Made by a program: the position numbers and the translations under genes. A DNA stretch of 64,000 nucleotides from Candidatus Poribacteria bacterium (lineage in GTDB: Bacteria > Poribacteria > WGA-4E > PCPOR2b): assembly GCA_965198175.1 (NCBI GenBank), contig OZ240245.1, forward strand, positions 4,000,001 through 4,064,000. The letters run 5' to 3'. Every line of letters starts with the position of its first letter. Within the stretch, counting starts at the first letter, position 1. The notes beneath the pieces were generated by a model, which saw nothing but the letters and a program-made list of their open reading frames with translations, ran no database searches and was not told where the DNA came from. Of the stretch, positions 10,601 to 19,648 are shown in pieces.

Positions 10601-10767
10601 TCAGGCACCAGAGTCCATTTAAACTGTCGTGCACAGTGTTGAAGCAGGGATTGAAATGCCGAGCGGACCGCGGTTTCGTGGGTAACGCCGAGCCGATTGA
10701 ACTGATTGAGCGCGTCGTAGTAGTTTTTAATCGGTTTGTGGGTGGGTTTGAGGTTGAGCGTCGGCAT
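7684..10767 (-). CDS. Fused restriction-modification enzyme: N-terminal PD-(D/E)xK nuclease, N6-adenine MTase and Type ISP-like C-terminal specificity domain, without helicase
   Basis: VDGAL..YWEAKD; GIVYTPQPIVDF; IDPFVGTGNF (motif I); IGNPPY (motif IV); YRPFTK; YRLGNRSALDWVIDQY..SGIVNDPN. Confidence 0.88.
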   Translation of the reverse strand: MPTLNLKPTHKPIKNYYDALNQFNRLGVTHETAVRSAFQSLLQHCARQFKWTLVPEHSMTAHRNKWIAVDGALMDNFRLTHGYWEAKDIHDDLPTQVLQKFEAGYPRDNILFQTPHRAILWQNAQPVLDVDLTDPTELIGTLETFFSHRPREYTEWEEAVSQFKDRVPALGNGLAELIEKERGANREFTAAFAAFHEKCRQSINPNLSEAAVEEMLIQHLLTERIFQTVFSNSEFARRNVIAREIETVITALMSHAFSREDFLRSLDPFYVAIERTAATIDDFSQKQGFLNTVYEQFFQGFSVKVADTHGIVYTPQPIVDFMVKSVDQILQTEFNRSLSDSGVHIIDPFVGTGNFIVRVMREICKTALADKYQSELHCNEVMLLPYYIASMNIEHEFYEAMGTYRPFERICFVDTFELVEDPDNYQSLFAEENTRRVESQKETPMFVIIGNPPYNAGQVNENDNNKNRKYETMDKRVADTYAKDSKATLKNKLSDPYVKAISWASDRIRDEGIVAFVTNNSFLDNMAFDGMRKHLSDDFDAIYILDLSGNVRNNPKLSGTTHNVFGIQIGVSINFGIKRRDRANSQAEIFYARVDEFWRKEDKYRYLDSKKHYRNIEWKPITPDHRQTWLTEGLHAEFEAFLPMGTKKAKAVKGTVVDVIFQTYSLGVSTNRDAWTRNFNRNLLAKNMEQMIGIYNAELDRWKRRGNRDATVDGFVVNDAAKIKWSSGLKQKLERGQITEFADMKIRQYLYRPFTKANLYFDRMTNDRVLVFPSIFPIPETETENRVIIVPSIGGRSNCWCFCTDMIPNLTITSIDGSQCFPFYTYAEDGMNRRENITHWALAQFRAHYRDDTIGKWDIFHFVYGLLHHPEYRERYGANLKRDLPHLPYAPDFWGFATAGKRLGVIHVGYEDVNEYPLIFIETPGTQLDWRVEKMKLSKGKTQIKYNDFLTLDGIPAKAFDYRLGNRSALDWVIDQYRVKTDKRSGIVNDPNRDDDPQYIVKLIGKVITVSLETVEIVHGLPGLGLE

Positions 10768-10824
10768 TGTGTTGGTTTTCGTAAATTTTCCAATTCGATA
10801 GATCCGCAGTTGAGTAGTGATATC

Positions 10825-10910
10825 GGTTGGGTTGAGCGGGTAAAAGCGAAGCCCTCAATCCACGTGGGACGCTTGCCATTTTTTCGTATTTGCCGTTCAA
10901 CCCTACTTAC
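10825..10910. repeat. REP-like inverted pair of the GTAG(G/T)TGGGTTGAAC family
   Basis: ggttgggttgagcgg...ccgttcaaccctacttac inverted ends; related sequences at 43803 and 45350. Confidence 0.65.
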
Positions 10911-10913
10911 ATG

Positions 10914-12692
10914 CTACTTCACAACCACCATCCGCTTGACCTGACGGTGCGATGGCGTGGACAACTGGTAGAAATAGACATCACTTGAAACCGGCTCGCC
11001 CAGGTCATTCCGACCGTCCCAATGGGCGGCACGTGAACGGCTTTGATAGTAACCCTCTGGCTGGAACCCAAGCAACAACGTCCGTATCCGACTCCCAGTC
11101 GCATCGTATATCAATACCGTCACATCACCCGCCTCAGAAAGATGGTACGGAATCCACGTCTCCGGGTTGAACGGGTTCGGATAGTTCTGTAACAACACGC
11201 TCTGCCTCGGTACCCCAACGCTATCAAGCGCTACGGGCAGAACCGCGTTTAGGAGGACATCGGGTGTCACAGTGAAGTTGAAGGTCTCCGAAGCCATCTC
11301 ACCGGCTGTATCGGTGACGGTGACTTCTAGGGCATCGCCAACGTGCGCGACGCTCTGGCGAGCAAGATTCGCGGTGGCTGCGGCGAAGTAGCCGTCTCTC
11401 ACACGACCTGTCATGATGTCACTCGTCGTCAGGTTTCGCACTGTGACGAAATAGCCGTCAAGGTTTCGATTGCTTTTTAAGTGCCCGCTGACAACGAACG
11501 CCCAAGTGCCGGTGTTGAGTGTTACGCTCGGTGCTGCGGCGGCTTGCGGTTGATTTGTCCAGGCTGTCCCGACAAAGGCGACTTTGCGAGGTTGTGGAAC
11601 GTTGACAATGTAGCCTTTCGCACCTTCAATCCGAAATCCGTCGTCGGGTGCGTCTGGCGTCCAACCGACAAATCGTTGGTTGACGGCGTCGAGGGTAATC
11701 ACCGCTGTCGCACCAACTAGCTTCGCTAGGGAACGGGCGTTCATTGGTGTGTCGGGTTTCAAGGGAACGGAGAGCATGTTCAAGCCTTGAGAGAGCGATG
11801 CAAAATAGACGCTCTGACCGGGGACTGCCGCGGGTCTGGCAATAAATCCGTTTCTGCGTCCGTCCTCCGTGTCATAGTAACCGGCAATTTTCCCTTTCGC
11901 ATCAATATCCCGCGCTACCGTAGTCACACTGCCGGGGAATCGCAACTCCATCGGCTCACCGTTCGGCATGAGGACATAGGACCGAGCAACATCGTCCTCC
12001 ACCTTGGCTCTGAACACCGTGACGCCGGCGTCGTTGATGGCGTTCACGAAAAGGAACTCTAGGATCGGCGGCATCCCGGGAAACTCTATATTGGTAAAGC
12101 TGCCGTCGAGGCGTCGCATGTACCCGTGATACACCCCATCGGCATCAATATAGCTCCCAACGAGGACACCCCCGGCGTTCACATGGTCGGCATACGTTGT
12201 CGCCGCACCGGGGAAATCGACTAGTGCATCGCCCATAAAACCGTGACTCACACCAGCGTCATCAATAATGTTGCCCGCGGGCTGCCCGGTTTCACTAATG
12301 CCAAAGATTTGCGTCTTGGCTGCGCCCGGAAAATCGAATTGTGTGAATTCGCCGTTTTGCACGATTAAACCGTGAGAAATCCGGTCGGGATCGTCGTAGT
12401 AACCCACGGCTTGTCCGGCGTTGTTGAGCCCGTAGAAAACCGTTCTGAGGGAGCCGGGGAAGTCATAAGTGGAAAAGACCCCGTCAATCAGTGTAAAGCC
12501 GATGAATTTCTCTCCATCAGGGCTGCGGGTGTTACCCGCGTAATGTCCGTGGTCGTTGCTTGAAGTCAACTCCAGAAAATCAACACCGGGCACCTCGATT
12601 GTCTCGAACATATAACCTATCGCGGGTTCACCCAACACAGGAACAGTCCACAGTAATATGAGTAAGGCGAAACGAAAAACGTGGGTTTTCAT
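10914..12692 (-). CDS. Secreted protein with about 6 beta-propeller-type repeats and a C-terminal FlgD-Ig/T9SS-like domain
   Basis: Signal peptide; repeats of (Y/F)DFPG...GxN..G..VG; C-terminal LLQNYPNPFNPETWIPY..WDGRNDLGEPVSSDVYFY. Confidence 0.85.
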   Translation of the reverse strand: MKTHVFRFALLILLWTVPVLGEPAIGYMFETIEVPGVDFLELTSSNDHGHYAGNTRSPDGEKFIGFTLIDGVFSTYDFPGSLRTVFYGLNNAGQAVGYYDDPDRISHGLIVQNGEFTQFDFPGAAKTQIFGISETGQPAGNIIDDAGVSHGFMGDALVDFPGAATTYADHVNAGGVLVGSYIDADGVYHGYMRRLDGSFTNIEFPGMPPILEFLFVNAINDAGVTVFRAKVEDDVARSYVLMPNGEPMELRFPGSVTTVARDIDAKGKIAGYYDTEDGRRNGFIARPAAVPGQSVYFASLSQGLNMLSVPLKPDTPMNARSLAKLVGATAVITLDAVNQRFVGWTPDAPDDGFRIEGAKGYIVNVPQPRKVAFVGTAWTNQPQAAAAPSVTLNTGTWAFVVSGHLKSNRNLDGYFVTVRNLTTSDIMTGRVRDGYFAAATANLARQSVAHVGDALEVTVTDTAGEMASETFNFTVTPDVLLNAVLPVALDSVGVPRQSVLLQNYPNPFNPETWIPYHLSEAGDVTVLIYDATGSRIRTLLLGFQPEGYYQSRSRAAHWDGRNDLGEPVSSDVYFYQLSTPSHRQVKRMVVVK

Positions 12693-12716
12693 AAAGATTT
12701 TGCTCCTTCATTCGTT

Positions 12717-14090
12717 TTAATCTAACAGATTTTCGGCGTAACTTTTGAGTTTATATTGTAGGGAGCGCAGGCTGATTCCCAAGGTCTGCGCCGTTAGGGT
12801 GCGATTGTTTCCCATTCTTTCAAGTGTTTTGAGGATTAACTCTTTCTCCATCTCCTTCATCGTCATGTTGAGCGAAGCGAAATCCGGTGTATCGGGCAGT
12901 GTGCCCTCAATTGGGCGCTTTGGGGGAGATTGAATCTCTTCGGGAAGGTGTTTGGGAAGAATCACGTCGCCTTCGGCGAAAAGAACGGCTCGCAAAATGG
13001 AATATTCTAGCTCACGAACGTTGCCGGGCCAATGATACTGCGTTAGGAAATCTCTCGCTTTTTGACCAATCAACCGTACGGGTTGGTTATGTGTACTACT
13101 GTGTTTCTTAAGGAAGTATTCGGCTAAAATCAGGATGTCTTTACGGCGTTGTCGCAAGAGAGGCAGGTCAATCGGAATCACGTTCAGCCGATAATAGAGA
13201 TCTAGTCGGAATGTCCCTTTTTCAACCACCCTGCGCAAGTCCTTATTCGTCGCCGCGATGATTCGGACATCAACGCGGATGACTTTTGTTCCGCCGAGGC
13301 GCTCGATTTCCCCTTCCTGTAGCGAACGTAACAGCTTCGCTTGCAATGAAACCGGCATATCCCCGATTTCATCCAGAAAGAGCGTACCCCCGTGTGCACG
13401 TTCAAATTTCCCAATCTTTTGGTAAGATGCATCGGTAAAAGCACCCCGCTCATGCCCAAAGAGCTCACTCTCCAATAGATTCTCCGGAATCGCGGTGCAA
13501 TTCACGACAACCATCTCCTTATCGGCGCGTGAACTGTTTTGGTGAATCGCGCGCGCGACCAATTCTTTGCCGGTACCGCTCTCCCCCCGAATGAACACCG
13601 TGGAGTTTGTGTCCGCAACCCTCTCGATAGTCTTCAAAACTTCGACAATCTGGGGGCTTTCGCCGACAATTTCTTCATAGCTGCCGATGAGCTCATCTCT
13701 GAGGCTGTGTGCTGTTGTGCGATGATGATCTAAGGCTTGATCGACTTTTTGTTGAATGTGTTCAGGTAGAAAGGGTTTCTCCAAAAAATCGTATGCGCCA
13801 AGTTTAATGGCTTCGACGGCGCGTTGGATTGTTCCATGCGCTGTCAACATAATTACCAGTAAGCCCGGATACGCCTGACGGAGATGAGCGAGGGTTTCTA
13901 TGCCGTTTATGCCCGGCATCTGGATGTCCAATAACACAAGATCTGGCAGTTCCTGATCGATTAGCGCGAGAGCTTCATAGCCATCGGAGGCAGTCGCCAC
14001 AGTGTAGTTGTCCATCTCAAGCCGATCTTGCAAAATCATAATGGTGTCGGGTTCATCATCGACAATGAGGATTCTTTCTCGTTTGCTCAC
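12717..14090 (-). CDS. Sigma54-dependent response regulator (REC-AAA+-Fis HTH; NtrC/AtoC/ZraR family)
   Basis: ILIVDDE, LLDIQMP, GESGTGKE, ESELFGHERGAFTDA, FLDEIG, WPGNVREL and a C-terminal HTH. Confidence 0.95.
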   Translation of the reverse strand: MSKRERILIVDDEPDTIMILQDRLEMDNYTVATASDGYEALALIDQELPDLVLLDIQMPGINGIETLAHLRQAYPGLLVIMLTAHGTIQRAVEAIKLGAYDFLEKPFLPEHIQQKVDQALDHHRTTAHSLRDELIGSYEEIVGESPQIVEVLKTIERVADTNSTVFIRGESGTGKELVARAIHQNSSRADKEMVVVNCTAIPENLLESELFGHERGAFTDASYQKIGKFERAHGGTLFLDEIGDMPVSLQAKLLRSLQEGEIERLGGTKVIRVDVRIIAATNKDLRRVVEKGTFRLDLYYRLNVIPIDLPLLRQRRKDILILAEYFLKKHSSTHNQPVRLIGQKARDFLTQYHWPGNVRELEYSILRAVLFAEGDVILPKHLPEEIQSPPKRPIEGTLPDTPDFASLNMTMKEMEKELILKTLERMGNNRTLTAQTLGISLRSLQYKLKSYAENLLD

Positions 14091-14296
14091 CCCTACGCCT
14101 CTGCATCCTTGTTATCTCCTTACTACGAGCTATTCATTGAAGAACTGATGTTTAATTGTACCAGAAATGAGCAGGTGCATCAATATAAAGATTCCGAGTC
14201 TTTGAACCGCGCGCGAATTTTTCCTTTTTGCTGGATTGCAGAGATGGAATTGTGCTATGATTAAAATCCAATCCAGCAACCATTGGAGTTAGGAAA

Positions 14297-15361
14297 ATGG
14301 TGTCTAATTGTCGCCTTCCCAACATTCGCAAAATCTTAATCATTCGTAACGACGGTATTGGAGATTTACTCAATTCGACGCCTGCGATTTCACTGTTGCG
14401 TCAAAACTATCCGGGCGCAGAGTTCACCGTACTTACGCGATCGTCAACCGCCCCAATACTGATTGGAAATCCCGATGTAGACCGCATCCTGACTTTCGAT
14501 CGGCAGGGCGCCCATCGACGACTGATGAGCCGGCTGAAGTTCTATCTCGGTTTGCGACGCGAAAAATATGATCTCGTGGTAGCAATGCGGACAGCTTCGT
14601 GGTCCCATTTTTTGTCGTGTTTGTCGGGGGCAAGGTACCGGCTAGGACGGCGCCAGAAGCAGTTCAAAAGCACACTGACGCACGTGTGGCGGGAACAATA
14701 CCGGAAAGGGTATGTCCAAGAAGTCGATCGCAATTATGATCTGGTCGGGTTAATCTGTGAAGGGGATGGAGATCGGCGGCTCGTCTTTAAGGTTCTGGAT
14801 GAGGAGTTTGCCCATGCAAAGAGACAACTAGCGGATTGGGGCATCGCGCCCAACGATGACTTGGTTTGTATTCACCCTGGTGCAAGTTCGTTCGATAAAC
14901 GTTGGCCCGAAGAGAATTACGCTGAAATTGCGGATGCCCTTGTACGCGAACGCAGGGCGAAGGTTTTGATTCTGCGAGGTCCTGAAGAAACCGCATTGGC
15001 ATGGAATATCCAGAGTGCCATGCAAGCCGACTCAATCGCCTATGCGCCCAAATCAGTACGCGAGCTTGGTGCACTGATTCAATGCTGTAGTCTGGTCGTG
15101 TGTAACGATTCTGGTCCAATGCATATCGCCGCCGCACTGGACGTACCGACTGTTGCGATTTTTGGTCCCACGGATCACGTTGCGTGGAAGCCGCTCTCCA
15201 AGAACGCAACGGTTGTTAGGCGTGATATGCCCTGCTGGCCTTGTAGCGCGCATAAATGTAAGATTGGCTGGGAATGCACCAAGAAGTTGCGCGTTGATTT
15301 GGTGTGGGAAAAAGTCGAAGCACTGACCAAGTCGATGCACTCTCCGCTGCGGAATCCTTGA
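14297..15361 (+). CDS. Glycosyltransferase family 9 (heptosyltransferase-like)
   Basis: IIRNDGIGDLL, IHPGAS..KRWP, CNDSGPMHIAAALDVPTVAIFGPT. Confidence 0.93.
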   Translation: MVSNCRLPNIRKILIIRNDGIGDLLNSTPAISLLRQNYPGAEFTVLTRSSTAPILIGNPDVDRILTFDRQGAHRRLMSRLKFYLGLRREKYDLVVAMRTASWSHFLSCLSGARYRLGRRQKQFKSTLTHVWREQYRKGYVQEVDRNYDLVGLICEGDGDRRLVFKVLDEEFAHAKRQLADWGIAPNDDLVCIHPGASSFDKRWPEENYAEIADALVRERRAKVLILRGPEETALAWNIQSAMQADSIAYAPKSVRELGALIQCCSLVVCNDSGPMHIAAALDVPTVAIFGPTDHVAWKPLSKNATVVRRDMPCWPCSAHKCKIGWECTKKLRVDLVWEKVEALTKSMHSPLRNP

Positions 15362-15369
15362 GGAGAAGC

Positions 15370-16635
15370 GTGAGAATCGTACTGAGCACCTGGGGTTCAA
15401 CCGGAGATGTTCAGCCCTTTTTGGCGCTGGCGCGGCAATTGCTAAAAGTGGGGCATGAAGTTCGAGTTTGTACTTCGGAGATTTACCGCGAGCGGTTTAT
15501 CAAGTACGCAGTAGACCTCTACGCGGTCGGCGTTCCCTATGATTTCGATTATATGCACCGCGCGATGGATAAGGTCGCAAAAATTAAGGATCCGCTTAGA
15601 TCAGCAATCTTACTTGTGAAAAACGGCATTCTGTACAAAGCGGATAGGTGGTATCAGGACTGTCTCAAGGGAATGGCGGGGCACGATCTGGCAATCTGCC
15701 ATTCTGCTGACATAGCTGGTCAGGAGGCGGCGATTCAGCAGAACTTGCCGTGGATCAGCGTCAGCTACTGCCCTGGATTCGTCAAGACCACCGATGAAGC
15801 GCCGCATCCGGTACCAAATCTTGGCAAGCCATTCAACGCGCTGGTCTGGAAATGCACTGAATGGCTGATGCGAAGTCAGGTCGATCCGCTGTTCAACGAC
15901 TTTATCACCTCAATTGGCGGGAAGAGGCGGCGACTTATCGGTTTAGATGGTATGTATTCGCCAGAGCTGAATCTCATCGCTGCATCGCCGCATATCAACA
16001 AACCGCCGCGGGATTTTCCGAAAAAGCATAAATTCACGGGACCGTGGTTTCTAGATGAGCCGGATTATGACCCGCCTCCAGACCTGCTGAGTTTTTTGGA
16101 TCGAGGTTCGCCGCCTGTTATTGTCTCCTTCGGTTCAATGGGCGGAACCAAAAGCGTCGAAACCACAAGGATTCTTGTAAAAGCCGTTCAACGCGCTGGG
16201 CAACGTGCAATTATTCAAGCAGGATGGGGAAACTTGGGACTAGATGGGGCGCCCGAATCAATCTTGTTTGTTGGATATATTCCGCACTCCTTTCTTTTTC
16301 GTCAAGGGTGCTGTGTCATCCATCACGGCGGGGCAGGAACGACAGCGGCAGCCTGCCGAGCTGGCGTGCCCTCCATTATTGTTCCTCATATTTCAACCGA
16401 TCAATCCTATTGGGGATTGACGCTGCACAAATTGGGGGTTGCCCCCAAACCGCTACACCGTCGTGACATGACCGCTAAACGGTTAGCAAGGCGCATCAAT
16501 GTGGTGAGCTCTTCAAAACCTATCGCAGAAAAAGCGAGAACACTAGGAAAGAAAATTGAGGCTGAGGACGGCTTGAGGACAGCGGTAGAGTTGATTGAGG
16601 AATTTGCCGCCAATCGGGATTTAGGCGTTCATTAG
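15370..16635 (+). CDS. GT1 glycosyltransferase (sterol-glucosyltransferase/GT28-N-like)
   Basis: GTG at 15370 after AGGAG; STWGSTGDVQPFLALA, VSFGSM, HHGGAGTTAAACRAGVPSIIVP..DQSYW. Confidence 0.9.
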   Translation: MRIVLSTWGSTGDVQPFLALARQLLKVGHEVRVCTSEIYRERFIKYAVDLYAVGVPYDFDYMHRAMDKVAKIKDPLRSAILLVKNGILYKADRWYQDCLKGMAGHDLAICHSADIAGQEAAIQQNLPWISVSYCPGFVKTTDEAPHPVPNLGKPFNALVWKCTEWLMRSQVDPLFNDFITSIGGKRRRLIGLDGMYSPELNLIAASPHINKPPRDFPKKHKFTGPWFLDEPDYDPPPDLLSFLDRGSPPVIVSFGSMGGTKSVETTRILVKAVQRAGQRAIIQAGWGNLGLDGAPESILFVGYIPHSFLFRQGCCVIHHGGAGTTAAACRAGVPSIIVPHISTDQSYWGLTLHKLGVAPKPLHRRDMTAKRLARRINVVSSSKPIAEKARTLGKKIEAEDGLRTAVELIEEFAANRDLGVH

Positions 16636-16735
16636 CATATAAATTTCACGTAGAAACAAGGTGAGAAACAGGAGCATCTAATCGCTGCTTCTTGAGCTAT
16701 GTCGAGGTGAGGCTCACCAAAGATGGGAGCCCTTC

Positions 16736-17725
16736 ATGATTGACACTCGGATTCAGAAAGTTTTGGTCTTCAGCTTCAGTTTTATTGGCGATGCGGTGCT
16801 ATCAACAGCAGTAATCCGTCCACTGCGCCGGCGATTTCCCGACGCGCAGATTGCTTTCCTTGTCGGTATTCGTGCGATCGATCTCTTCATGGGTGACCCG
16901 CAAATCGATCAAGTTTTCGTTTACGATAATCGCGGTGAACATGCTGGCTGGCGTGGGAAAGTTAGGCTCATTCGAATGCTCCGTCGCGAGCGGTTTGATT
17001 TAGTGGTAGATCTCCGGGATAGCGTCTGGTCGAGGCTCGTTGGGGGGAAAATTTGGGGCATGAAACTGAGAGGCGCGGATGTGCACGCCGTGACACGCTA
17101 CCTCGATATCCTTCAGCGGCATGGAGTAGATACAACTAGGGCACAGCCAAAACTAGAGTTTACCGATTCGGAACTTGTGGAACGGAACGAGTTTCTGGAG
17201 GAAAGCGGAGTTGACCGTAATCGGTTGTTGATTGGAGTCCATCCCGGCGGCAATTGGGTTTACAAACAGTGGACACCGAAGAACTACGCCCGTATTTCAG
17301 ACGTGTTACATGAAAAATGGAACGCTCAGATTCTGCTGTTTGCGAGCCCCGACGAACAGCCATTGCTAACGCATGTGGCTTCCTTGGCGAGCTGTCAGCC
17401 AATCCTCGTGAAAACCCACGATTTGCGTCAGGCCGCGGCTCTGATTGAAGCGTGCAATCTTTATATCGGCAACGATACGGGACCGATGCACATCGCTGCC
17501 GCTGTTGGAATCCACGTTGTCGCCATTTTCGGATCGACAAATCACCACCGTAGTGGACCTTATGGGGAGAGACATGCTGTCGTGCAGAGTGGGTTAAATC
17601 TGGGTTGTAATCCGTGCCACCCCGGCAAGCACCCCGGGGGCTGTGGGAAGGGGAGTTGCGCGGTCATTGAAGCAGTAACCGTTGAACAAGTGTTCTGCGC
17701 TATTGAAAAGTTACAGGTGGGATGA
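16736..17725 (+). CDS. Glycosyltransferase family 9 (heptosyltransferase-like)
   Basis: FIGDAVL, VHPGG..KQW, GNDTGPMHIAAAVG..AIFGST. Confidence 0.93.
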   Translation: MIDTRIQKVLVFSFSFIGDAVLSTAVIRPLRRRFPDAQIAFLVGIRAIDLFMGDPQIDQVFVYDNRGEHAGWRGKVRLIRMLRRERFDLVVDLRDSVWSRLVGGKIWGMKLRGADVHAVTRYLDILQRHGVDTTRAQPKLEFTDSELVERNEFLEESGVDRNRLLIGVHPGGNWVYKQWTPKNYARISDVLHEKWNAQILLFASPDEQPLLTHVASLASCQPILVKTHDLRQAAALIEACNLYIGNDTGPMHIAAAVGIHVVAIFGSTNHHRSGPYGERHAVVQSGLNLGCNPCHPGKHPGGCGKGSCAVIEAVTVEQVFCAIEKLQVG

Positions 17726-17959
17726 ACCAGAGATTGAAAAAATACAAGGCAGCCCACGATATGAAGTCCGACCGCACGAAGCACTAAACCGCACAGCATC
17801 GCTTCAAGGCAAGGTTAAACTGCTGAATGATGCGAGTTCACAAATCGTAGAACCGTATTTTACGGAATATGCACGAGGCATTACGCAACATTTCCAACTT
17901 GTCAGCATTTCGGGGATATTGCAGATAATCTGTAACAACCAACCAGGAGGTGAGAAAAT

Positions 17960-19588
17960 ATGGCATTTCCATCACATGGTATCACCCATCGTTCGACGGT
18001 AACCGGTACGCGCGGCATGGTTGCCAGTGCACACCCACTCGCGAGTTTGGCGGGTGCACGCATACTGCTCCAAGGCGGGAACGCTTTTGACACGGCAATC
18101 GCCGTCGCCTCCACGCTCAACGTTGTTGAGCCATACATGTCAGGCATCGCGGGCAACGGCTACATGGTACTTTATAGTGCAGTGGAGAAGGCTATCCGCG
18201 TGCTCGACTACGTGGGGACGAGTCCGTACGGGGCAACGCGTGACGCCTATCCAACGCCGGAGGTAATGGACGTCGGAATCCGATCAGGGATGGTCCCTGG
18301 GGCATGCGGGGGTTGGATGGCGGCACTTGATCGATACGGCAGCATGGGCAGGGCGGAAATCTTTGCCCCTGCAATTGAACTCGCGGAAAACGGCTACGCG
18401 GTCACAGTCAAAAATGCCCAGTATATGGCGGAAGTAGCGTCTCGCTTTTCGTCAACTGCGGAGAAAGTCATCATGTCTCGTGGACGAACGCCTTTGCCCG
18501 GCGAGATTCTGGTGCAGAAAGATCTCGCCCGAACCTTCCGAAAAGTCGTCGAGGGTGGGGCGGAAGTTTTTTATCGCGGCGAAATCGCCCAACAGATTGC
18601 TCAATTTTGCCGCGAAAATGACGGCTTAATTACTGAACAAGATTTAGCAGATTTTCACGTCGAATGGCAGGAACCGATTTCGACTTCCTACAAGGGATAT
18701 GAGATATACTGTCCACCACCGCCATGTTCAGGTTTCCAATATTTGGAAACCCTGAATATCTTAGAGAACGACGAACTAAGAGATATCGGGCATAACTCAG
18801 CACAGTCCCTCCATTTGCTGATTGAAGCGATTCGGCTCGCTAGCGCGGACCGCGCGGAGTACGCCCCTGTGTCCGATCCACCAATCGCCGGGCTGCTCTC
18901 CAAGGGTTACGCCGCTTCGCAGCGGAGACGGATTGGCAATCGGGCGGCGGTGAGCGGCGGTGAGCGTTATACGAAAGAGAAACTACCCGGCGAAGTGTTA
19001 GCAGGCAATCCCAGCGGATGGATGCGTGAATGCACAACGCACTTCGATGTAGTTGACGCTGAAGGCAACGCCGTTGCGGTGACACAGAGCATCGGAAACG
19101 CATTCGGCTCTGGAACAATTCTCGGTGAGACCGGGATGTTCCTCAACAATTTCATCTACTGGTTCGATTTTCTGCCGGAGAGCCCAAATGTCATCGCTCC
19201 ACACAAGAGGATTGAGATGTGCGTGTCCCCCTGCCAAATCTGGAAGGACGAAAGGGTTTTTGCAGTACTCGGGACACCGGGGAGTCACGGCATTTTGCAA
19301 ACAACAGCGCAAGTCATCCTAAACCTAATTGAGCACGGAATGAACATCCAAGCCGCAATCGAAGCCCCGCGGATTCGGCTTGAACATCCCGGTACAGATG
19401 TGGGAGTAGAAAGCCGCATCCCACCTGAAGTCAGGAACGCACTCGCAGAGCGCGGTCATGATGTCCGCCTGCTGCCCGACTGGACGGCTCTCGTCGGGGG
19501 GGCACAAGGCATCGTAATTGACTCGGAGGAAGGTTCGTTCATGGGCGGCGCCGATCCGCGCCGTGACGGATACGCCATTGGAATCTAG
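17960..19588 (+). CDS. ggt: Gamma-glutamyltransferase family protein
   Basis: GMVASAHPLAS, GGNAFDTAIA, nucleophile region CTTHFDVVD.EGNAV, GADPRRDGYAIG. Confidence 0.93.
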   Translation: MAFPSHGITHRSTVTGTRGMVASAHPLASLAGARILLQGGNAFDTAIAVASTLNVVEPYMSGIAGNGYMVLYSAVEKAIRVLDYVGTSPYGATRDAYPTPEVMDVGIRSGMVPGACGGWMAALDRYGSMGRAEIFAPAIELAENGYAVTVKNAQYMAEVASRFSSTAEKVIMSRGRTPLPGEILVQKDLARTFRKVVEGGAEVFYRGEIAQQIAQFCRENDGLITEQDLADFHVEWQEPISTSYKGYEIYCPPPPCSGFQYLETLNILENDELRDIGHNSAQSLHLLIEAIRLASADRAEYAPVSDPPIAGLLSKGYAASQRRRIGNRAAVSGGERYTKEKLPGEVLAGNPSGWMRECTTHFDVVDAEGNAVAVTQSIGNAFGSGTILGETGMFLNNFIYWFDFLPESPNVIAPHKRIEMCVSPCQIWKDERVFAVLGTPGSHGILQTTAQVILNLIEHGMNIQAAIEAPRIRLEHPGTDVGVESRIPPEVRNALAERGHDVRLLPDWTALVGGAQGIVIDSEEGSFMGGADPRRDGYAIGI

Positions 19589-19648
19589 GAATGCGGTGCG
19601 ATTAGGCTTCACAGAGCGCGAGATTGTGCATTACGTTTTATTAACGAT

